Assembly (NCBI GenBank): GCA_026418675.1
Contig: JAOAAX010000009.1
Location: 1,192 to 65,191, forward strand
DNA from: Chthoniobacterales bacterium
GTDB lineage: Bacteria > Verrucomicrobiota > Verrucomicrobiia > Chthoniobacterales > DYNR01
Length of the DNA: 64,000 nucleotides
Direction: 5' to 3'
Shown here: piece after piece, positions 57,991 through 64,000 of the stretch
Position numbering within the stretch: the stretch's first letter is position 1
Layout of the letters: each line of letters opens with the position of its first letter
Position numbers and translations under genes: made by a program
Notes under the pieces: generated by a model
Seen by the model: only the letters and a program-made list of their open reading frames with translations
What the model was told of the DNA's origin: nothing
Databases searched by the model: none

Positions 57991-58440
57991 TTATTTCCAC
58001 ACCTCCTCCTCCTCAAAATCGACACGATACCTCCGAAAAAACAACCTCATCTCCTCCTGAAAAGTCCGCTGCCGATGGTGTTCCTCCTGCCGAAAAATAT
58101 ACTCTGATACTTCTCGAACCTTCGACGCCGAAACCGAAAAAGCTCCATAACCCTCCTGCCACTGAAAATGGGTCATCCCATATCGCTTCCGTATCAACCC
58201 TGCTGACCGCTGTTTCAACCGCCGTATCGCTTCAACAAGACTCATTTCCCTCGACAATATAAACAAAGAATGAACGTGATCGCTCACACCGCCAGTCCGG
58301 ATGGACGGACATCCCATCTGCTCCAAAATCCGCGCCATCCCTTGGTGAAGTTCCCTCAGCCACTCCATCTGCAGGCAGGGCTCCCGCAACCTCGTCGAAA
58401 ATACTACATGCACATAGAGCTTACTTAATTCGCACCTCAC
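57991..58440 (-). CDS. IS200/IS605-family Y1 (HUH) transposase of the RAYT/COG1943 type
   Basis: LYVHVVFSTR, the HUH motif SDHVHSLF, and WQEGYGAFSVS with the catalytic Tyr region. GTG start. No partner tnpB and no obvious flanking hairpin ends. Confidence 0.82.
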   Translation of the reverse strand: MRCELSKLYVHVVFSTRLREPCLQMEWLRELHQGMARILEQMGCPSIRTGGVSDHVHSLFILSREMSLVEAIRRLKQRSAGLIRKRYGMTHFQWQEGYGAFSVSASKVREVSEYIFRQEEHHRQRTFQEEMRLFFRRYRVDFEEEEVWK

Positions 58441-58557
58441 AGTCTGATCCCAAATTATCCTCCGCCATTTTTCCCTATCTCAAGCAAATTCTCAGTCCTC
58501 TCCAATACGTCTTTCCGTCCTTTCCATTTGTTCCACTTCTCACCCACCCCTCTTTAC

Positions 58558-58591
58558 AAAAAACTGGGCCCCCTTTCTTTCGGGAGCCCAG
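58558..58591 (-). terminator. Rho-independent terminator after the Cys-rich peptide gene
   Basis: Minus strand reads CTGGGCTCCCGAAAGAAAGGGGGCCCAG (GC-rich stem) followed by TTTTTTG. Confidence 0.78.
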
Positions 58592-58635
58592 TTCGTATTT
58601 CGCTTTTTTAAACAACTAACTCCGCTGCAGGGATC

Positions 58636-58794
58636 TTATTGGCAACCAGGGCAATTCGCACAATTATCTCCGCAGCAAGTCTTGCAAGCTTTCTCCTTGC
58701 AGCATTTCGCACAGTTGGGGCCTTTATTGCCCCCCTCTGCAAAGGCTGGAACCGCTGCAAGAGCAAGTAGAATTGCAATGATTATTGATTTCAT
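58636..58794 (-). CDS. Unannotated 52-aa secreted cysteine-rich peptide (9 Cys in a predicted 33-aa mature part)
   Basis: Own translation: MKSIIIAILLALAAVPAFAEGGNKGPNCAKCCKEKACKTCCGDNCANCPGCQ. AAGGAA lies 6 nt upstream of the ATG. Sec-type signal with an AFA-E site. Its own terminator lies 44 nt downstream. Below the 60-aa cut-off of the ORF track. Confidence 0.6.
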   Translation of the reverse strand: MKSIIIAILLALAAVPAFAEGGNKGPNCAKCCKEKACKTCCGDNCANCPGCQ

Positions 58795-58865
58795 GCGGAT
58801 TTCCTTTCTTTTAAAAGTTTCCTCCTAGTTCCGGCCGAAGTAAACTCCGGCCCCGACGGCTAACT

Positions 58866-59282
58866 TCACGTCCTTACCTTCGGAGGTGGAGAGGGAGGCC
58901 GATGGCGAATTGAACTTAACCGCTCCTCTCGATTCTCTAACGCTTTCTTCCCAGTTGAATCCAATACAAGAGCATCCTCTCCACAAACAAAAACTTTTCC
59001 TACAAAACAACTCACAACACAGGGCAAACACACACATTCCCCACCCACAACTCCATCATCCTTGGAAAGATTCTTTCCCAACTCCTGCTCACAACAGCAA
59101 CCTCCATCACCTCCACAACAATACTCCACACCGACACGAACTTTTACCTCCGACTTAGTCTCAAGACACGTCCCTGCTCTCACCCAACTATTTACTACAC
59201 CAAAAATCACAACGACAATTAATTGCACAATCCACTTCCCTGTCCACAATCTTGCCTCTTTACTCTTAGGACTCACAAACAT
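58866..59282 (-). CDS. Hypothetical single-pass membrane protein with a Cys-rich domain (11 Cys)
   Basis: 138-aa ORF between the ABC ATPase gene and the Cys-rich peptide gene. TM segment WIVQLIVVVIFGVVNSWV, then EYCCGGDGGCCCEQE and ECVCLPCVVSCFVGKVFVCGE. A His-rich ORF on the opposite strand (58886..59158) competes, so coding strand and status are uncertain. Confidence 0.35.
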   Translation of the reverse strand: MFVSPKSKEARLWTGKWIVQLIVVVIFGVVNSWVRAGTCLETKSEVKVRVGVEYCCGGDGGCCCEQELGKNLSKDDGVVGGECVCLPCVVSCFVGKVFVCGEDALVLDSTGKKALENREERLSSIRHRPPSPPPKVRT

Positions 59283-59329
59283 GAAAGAGAATATACATGC
59301 ACTTTACCTAACCGCAACTCCCTCCGCCC

Positions 59330-60454
59330 TCATTCAGGATAAATTCGCTTCGACGACTCTGGATCAAATAAATACAACCGCTCCGGATTCACTTCAAAAT
59401 GCACCCGATGTCCCACCTCCCTCCGGTCCAGTTCCTCTCGACTTCTCGATACTAGCGTTACCTCTCCAATATTCATATACACCATAGACTCCGCTCCAAG
59501 CGTCTCCACAAACTCTACAGTCGCCAAAAACGTATTCTCGTTCGGCGCTTTCCCAATCCCTAACGGGCTAATATCTTCAGCCCTCATTCCCAGCAGCAAA
59601 TCACGCCCCATCCACCGACTCGCCCCATTAAAATTCGACATCGAAATCCTAAAACTATCCACATCTGCTGCTTGGAAATAAATCCTCCCCCCCTCACACC
59701 GCAAACTCCCATGCAGAAAATTCATCCCGGGCGTCCCAATAAAACCAGCCACAAACACATTCTCAGGCCGCCGATAAATCTCGATTGGTGTCCCATATTG
59801 CTGCAACTCTCCATTATGCATGACCGCGATCCGCTCCCCCATCGTCATCGCCTCCACTTGATCATGCGTCACATACACCATCGTCGCCTGCAACCGCTGA
59901 TGCAACTTCAGCAACTCTGTCCGCATCTGTGCACGCAGCTTCGCATCCAAATTCGACAGCGGCTCATCAAACAAAAATGCCTTTGGCTGCCGCACAATTG
60001 CTCGCCCTACTGCCACACGCTGGCATTGCCCTCCCGATAACGTCCCCGGTTTCCGGTCAAGAATATCCGTTATCCCCAAAATCCCGGCTGCATCCCTCAC
60101 TCGCCGGTCAATCTCACTCCGGTTCACCCCCCGCAATCGCAACCCGAAAGCCATATTCTCATATGCCGTCATATGCGGATACAACGCATAGTTTTGAAAC
60201 ACCATCGCTATATCGCGGTCCTTCGCAGGTGTCCCATTCATAACTCGCCCGCCGATCCGAATCTCCCCGGTCGTAACCTCCTCCAAACCAGCTATCAGCC
60301 GCAATGTCGTCGTCTTCCCACAGCCAGACGGTCCTAGCAAAACCACAAACTCCCTATTACAGATTTGTAAGTCCAGTTTCTTGACCGCTTCAACTCTCCG
60401 TCCGCCACTCCTTTCAAAAATCTTGCTGACTCCTACTAACTCGATCGTTGCCAT
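59330..60454 (-). CDS. Sugar-type ABC transporter ATP-binding protein (MalK/UgpC/MsmX family)
   Basis: GPSGCGKTT, LSGGQCQRVAVGRAI and FLFDEPLSNLD, plus a C-terminal regulatory (TOBE-like) domain. GAGGAG RBS. Confidence 0.92.
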   Translation of the reverse strand: MATIELVGVSKIFERSGGRRVEAVKKLDLQICNREFVVLLGPSGCGKTTTLRLIAGLEEVTTGEIRIGGRVMNGTPAKDRDIAMVFQNYALYPHMTAYENMAFGLRLRGVNRSEIDRRVRDAAGILGITDILDRKPGTLSGGQCQRVAVGRAIVRQPKAFLFDEPLSNLDAKLRAQMRTELLKLHQRLQATMVYVTHDQVEAMTMGERIAVMHNGELQQYGTPIEIYRRPENVFVAGFIGTPGMNFLHGSLRCEGGRIYFQAADVDSFRISMSNFNGASRWMGRDLLLGMRAEDISPLGIGKAPNENTFLATVEFVETLGAESMVYMNIGEVTLVSRSREELDRREVGHRVHFEVNPERLYLFDPESSKRIYPE

Positions 60455-60518
60455 AATGTATCTTCTCCTCTTTTTTTATCCCATTCGAATTCCCTTTCCA
60501 AATCTCATACCCACCTCC

Positions 60519-61361
60519 TCACCTCAGAAATGGCCGTTCAAAACCACGCACAAACGCCCCGGAAGCAATCAGAAACAATACCAACAGAGGCAAACTCGAA
60601 AACGTAAACGCTGCGGTAATAACGCCCCATCGTTTGATATACTCCCCATCCAAATAGATGAGCCTTACCCCAACAGGAAATAGTTCTGGGTCCCTCAACG
60701 CTACCAATGGAACTAAAAAATCATTCCACTGATTCACAAACACCAGCACCCCAAGCGTCGCAAGAACAGGCCAGCAAAAAGGCACCACAATCCGCCACAA
60801 CTGACTCCAATGCGATGCTCCATCTATCTCCGCAGCGTCAAAATAATCCCGCGGAATTTCCTCTATAAATCCTCGCAACACATACATACAAAAAACTTGC
60901 CCGCCAGCTATCCCCACCAAGCCAAGCCCCACCAACGAATTGAGCAATTTCAGCCGCCCAAGTACCGAAACCACCGGCACCAAATTCACTACAGCCGGAA
61001 GCAACATCAGCACAAGAAATACCCACCACAAAAAACCAGACAACGGCATCCGGTATCTTGCAAAAAAATACGCTCCCATTAACGCTAGAAAAAGCGTCCC
61101 AACAGTCACAACTCCACTCAATGCAAGACTGTTCACTACACCCGGCAGCAATATCCCCAGCGCCTCCTTGTAGTTCCTCAACGCCAAATCCCAAGAAAAA
61201 ATCGGAGACCACGGATCCTGAATAAAGAGTCGGTTGTCTTTAAAGCTCGTTTGCAACATCACCCACAAGGGAAACAACTCCATTACAAGAACCATCCATA
61301 TCGCGGCATGAATACCAACCCCCTTCCAACCACTGCTCCTTCTCCTATTTTCGTTTCGCAT
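60519..61361 (-). CDS. Carbohydrate ABC transporter permease (MalG-like)
   Basis: 6 TM helices with the EAA loop DAAEIDGASHWSQLWRIVVP. Confidence 0.9.
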   Translation of the reverse strand: MRNENRRRSSGWKGVGIHAAIWMVLVMELFPLWVMLQTSFKDNRLFIQDPWSPIFSWDLALRNYKEALGILLPGVVNSLALSGVVTVGTLFLALMGAYFFARYRMPLSGFLWWVFLVLMLLPAVVNLVPVVSVLGRLKLLNSLVGLGLVGIAGGQVFCMYVLRGFIEEIPRDYFDAAEIDGASHWSQLWRIVVPFCWPVLATLGVLVFVNQWNDFLVPLVALRDPELFPVGVRLIYLDGEYIKRWGVITAAFTFSSLPLLVLFLIASGAFVRGFERPFLR

Positions 61362-61388
61362 AATTTAAAAGATTTTTTTGTCTTTTAT

Positions 61389-62333
61389 TTACTTCTCAAT
61401 CCTCATCCATCGGTGAAACGCCCATGGAATCAAAACTATCACCCCGAACAAAATTAAACCAAGAGCACACGCATAGCCAAACCCCCCTGCCACAAACGCC
61501 CGATTGAACATCCATAGACCAGGTGTCATCCCTCGCCCGGCAGGCCCTCCCTCCTCACCCAACAACAAAAGTTGCAAACCATATCCTTGCAACGTCCCAA
61601 CAATTAGCAACACAAGCATCAGCCGAATCTGTGTCAAAAGCAACGGGAGCTCGATCAAAACAAACTTCTGCCAACCGGATGCCCCATCCAGTTCCGCCGC
61701 ATCGTAAAGCGAAGGATCAATCCGTTGCAGCCCAGCTAGAAAAACCATCACCCCAACAGCTCCAATCCACGGAAAACCAAGAAAGATTAACGACGGCAGC
61801 ACAAGCTCCGGCTGCCCCAGCCATGCTATCGGCACATCCCCAAAAAACACACCCCACCCAAAAAAGCTGTCCAGCCGAACAAGCCAACTTTTCACTCCAG
61901 TCGCATCCAAAATACGATTCAAAATCCCATAGTTCGGATCATAGAAAAACTTCCACAGAAAAAGCGTGACGAGCGTAGGCACCACCATCGGCAATACCAC
62001 CAACACCCGATACCAATACCGCCATCGTTCACTCCAAACTCGGTGGATCAAAACAGCCAAAACTACCGACGGAATTATCTTAATTACATTTGCAGCAGCC
62101 AGAACCCCCACCGTCACAAACGACCCCCAAAATACAGAATCTTCCAACGCATTCGCAAAATTTTCAAATCCCACAAACTCCCGACTCTCTTCACCAGCCC
62201 AACGAAAAAAGCTGTTATAGACCGCACTCCCAGCAGGATAGTAACAGAAAGTCCCAACTGCAACCAGCGAAGGCAAAACGAACAAATACAACCCCCATTC
62301 CCGCCATGCCCTCTTCTTACTTATTCCTCTCAT
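61389..62333 (-). CDS. Carbohydrate ABC transporter permease (MalF-like)
   Basis: EAA loop DAAELDGASGWQKFVLIELP. The likely start MRGISKK at 62333 overlaps the SBP stop by 4 nt; ORF track extends to 62384. Confidence 0.9.
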   Translation of the reverse strand: MRGISKKRAWREWGLYLFVLPSLVAVGTFCYYPAGSAVYNSFFRWAGEESREFVGFENFANALEDSVFWGSFVTVGVLAAANVIKIIPSVVLAVLIHRVWSERWRYWYRVLVVLPMVVPTLVTLFLWKFFYDPNYGILNRILDATGVKSWLVRLDSFFGWGVFFGDVPIAWLGQPELVLPSLIFLGFPWIGAVGVMVFLAGLQRIDPSLYDAAELDGASGWQKFVLIELPLLLTQIRLMLVLLIVGTLQGYGLQLLLLGEEGGPAGRGMTPGLWMFNRAFVAGGFGYACALGLILFGVIVLIPWAFHRWMRIEK

Positions 62334-64000
62334 CTTCCACGCTCTACACCAAATCCCAACCCCACATCCCTTCGCCCAACCCATATCCCCCTCTCCTTCG
62401 TAGTCTCACCTCCCCTTCGATTTTCCTGTCCCTCCCGCAACTTCAATCCACTCACTCCTCTCCTGCCATCTGATCCTCCACTAAGGAATTCCTCTTCCCC
62501 GCCAAATCCAGCAGCTCTCTGCTTCCGAAGCAGCACATTTACCGACCGCAAAACCTCCCCTTGCAATGCCTTCAGTCGGTATTGCATCCCAAGCCCTGCA
62601 ATCATCCGATCCATCTTCTCTTCAAACTCTTTATTATTCGGGTCAAGCTTACTCAGCATCCACATCCCACCAAGCTGGATTTCCGTCCTCCAAATCGGAA
62701 TCTCCCGCGAACGAATTCCTCGACGGGCGTCCGTCGCATATCCTTGCAGCAACGGCAATCGAAGCGAATCCGCATATCTTTCCACGCTCCCATCCGGTTC
62801 TATCAAATAATGCAAATTTGTGCTTACTGCTCGAATCGCATCCGGCTGCGCCCGATCCGCAAGAAAAAAACCCTGGGTGTATCCTTCCGGCCGCATTTCA
62901 AACCCCTCAACCAATGGATCGGCCTTCACACCACGCACTGACGGCAACATCTTACTCCTCTCTGCAAAAACTTGATTCCCAAATCGACTCGCCGCAAACT
63001 GTAAAAAATCCACTGCAACCTTCGGATTCCGACTACCACGCGTAACCCCTAGGCTTAGTCCCCCTATTAAACCTGCCTCCGACAATTGCCCAAGCGCATA
63101 TTCCCCAAATCGCCCCTCACCAGCCTCTGGAAACGGTAAATCCATCACTCCAATTGCAAACCCAGCCTGCTCCCTCAAACTCGCCGCATCCCAGCTCCCA
63201 GTCGCTAAAAACAGCGCTCGCCCCTGCAAAAATTGGAACGTGGCGTCCTCTCGTGTAAGCTGAAGAAAGCCAGTTGGATAAACACGCCCAATCCGTTGCA
63301 TCAGCTCCATCCCTCTCGATACAGGTTCAGCTTCCAAACTCCATTTCCCTCGTGCATACAGCAGCGTCGTCAGCCAAGCATGCGCTTGCATATACCCAGG
63401 GGGATAAATCTCCCGCAAATACCGTTGCGTCTGACTCCCAAACAGCCAAAGCATGAAATTCACCGCGTAGCTACGCGAAAGCACAATCGGCAAAATCCTC
63501 TCCCCATCCACAACCCCCTCCCTCCGCAATCGCTCACACACCTCCAAAAAAACCTCAAATTTTTCCGGAAGTTCCCGTCTCCCTGTCACCCGCTCTAGCA
63601 AATCCAGATTCACCATCAACCGATTCGTAAAAGCAGAGAGCGGAACAGCGTAGTATTCACTCAATAGCGGATTAAATCCACCCAGCATCCTGTCAAAAAA
63701 CGTATCCTTGAATGCCACTCCTTCCAGCTCCGTCCCAACGTTGTAAGGATTCGGCCTGCCCGCTATCTCCCCCAGCGGCACAAAATACCGTGCCAAAACT
63801 TCTGGTGTCGTTCCAAGTCCAATCTCCACAATGTCCGGCGAATCCCCACCGAGCAACCGCGCCGTCAACCACTGCCGAAAAATTTTCTCCGGTATCGGAA
63901 TCTGAACAATTTGCACTCCAGGATTCCGCCTCTCATACTCCCTCGCTACCGCTTCAAATGCTTCACGCATCCCGGCTTCTAACTGCCAATGCGCCACCCG
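62330..64000 (-). CDS. ABC transporter extracellular solute-binding protein (family 1); N-terminus beyond the window end; Gly/Arg/Glu-rich C-terminal tail
   Basis: FEAVAREYERRNPGVQIVQIPIPEK... is typical of the SBP_bac_1 N-lobe. No signal peptide is in the window and the frame is open to 64000. First gene of the permease/ATPase operon. Confidence 0.78.
   Translation of the reverse strand, partial: RVAHWQLEAGMREAFEAVAREYERRNPGVQIVQIPIPEKIFRQWLTARLLGGDSPDIVEIGLGTTPEVLARYFVPLGEIAGRPNPYNVGTELEGVAFKDTFFDRMLGGFNPLLSEYYAVPLSAFTNRLMVNLDLLERVTGRRELPEKFEVFLEVCERLRREGVVDGERILPIVLSRSYAVNFMLWLFGSQTQRYLREIYPPGYMQAHAWLTTLLYARGKWSLEAEPVSRGMELMQRIGRVYPTGFLQLTREDATFQFLQGRALFLATGSWDAASLREQAGFAIGVMDLPFPEAGEGRFGEYALGQLSEAGLIGGLSLGVTRGSRNPKVAVDFLQFAASRFGNQVFAERSKMLPSVRGVKADPLVEGFEMRPEGYTQGFFLADRAQPDAIRAVSTNLHYLIEPDGSVERYADSLRLPLLQGYATDARRGIRSREIPIWRTEIQLGGMWMLSKLDPNNKEFEEKMDRMIAGLGMQYRLKALQGEVLRSVNVLLRKQRAAGFGGEEEFLSGGSDGRRGVSGLKLREGQENRRGGETTKERGIWVGRRDVGLGFGVERGR

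Larger units (their letters stand above)
50000..64000. other. Compositionally distinct block: higher GC and strong C>G skew on the plus strand regardless of gene orientation
   Basis: Hand counts (C/G) on 60-nt lines inside the block: 50161-50220 about 28/1, 51001-51060 about 27/4, 54961-55020 about 21/6, 57301-57360 about 23/8, 60001-60060 about 26/12, 63001-63060 about 20/10. Upstream lines: 20401-20460 about 17/17, 30001-30060 about 16/15, 40021-40080 about 13/15. Confidence 0.85.

Noticed and set aside
49900-58000. Replication origin or terminus explaining the skew change (recF nearby, DciA-like gene at 26.6 kb)
   Set aside because: There is no dnaA or dnaN, I saw no cluster of DnaA boxes, and no dif-like site. 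The skew goes from about zero to strongly negative instead of changing sign.
57302-58060. Long plus-strand ORFs antisense to real genes in the 50-64 kb block (57302..58060 at 252 aa, 62043..62810 at 255 aa, 53572..54135, 61523..61969, 62566..63045 and others), all Pro/Ser/Thr/His-rich
   Set aside because: The plus strand is so G-poor that TAG and TGA stops are rare, so long open frames arise by chance. The opposite strand encodes clearly recognisable proteins (RecF, RAYT, NadA, ABC components). The translations are low-complexity.

Overview
This is a 64-kb bacterial window from a diderm organism. It may be PVC/Verrucomicrobia-like, but that placement is only an inference from gene content.

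Positions 1 to about 50,000 have roughly 42-45% GC and almost no G/C strand skew. This part is mostly core genes:
- amtB with a textbook sigma-54 promoter, ogg, and tonB-exbB-exbD-def
- zwf-opcA, rplM-rpsI, tRNA-Val(GAC), proS, cinA and glmS
- an operon of Ser/Thr kinase, ClpX-like ATPase, degenerate cyclase and recR
- a solitary flagellin gene
- nickel-related orphan genes: hypAB, a CbiM-PDGLE protein and a LarE-like protein
- pfk, apt, bioA, cysH, an OprB-like porin and gmhA
- a cNMP/c-di-GMP signalling cluster next to fliA-motA-motB

At about 50.0 kb, at the 3' end of motB, the composition changes abruptly. GC rises to about 50% or more, and the plus strand becomes strongly C-rich and G-poor whatever the gene orientation. 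This continues to the window end.

The skewed block contains:
- a 912-aa Pro/Ser/Leu-rich protein
- nadA, feoAB and recF
- a solitary IS200/RAYT-type transposase
- an unannotated 52-aa secreted peptide with 9 cysteines and its own terminator
- an adjacent Cys-rich membrane ORF
- a sugar-type ABC transporter

I found no CRISPR array, rRNA, prophage or recognisable defence system. The strongest leads are the compositional discontinuity, the Cys-rich peptide module, and the kinase/ClpX-like/pseudo-cyclase operon. All calls come from reading translations and motifs by eye. No database search was run.
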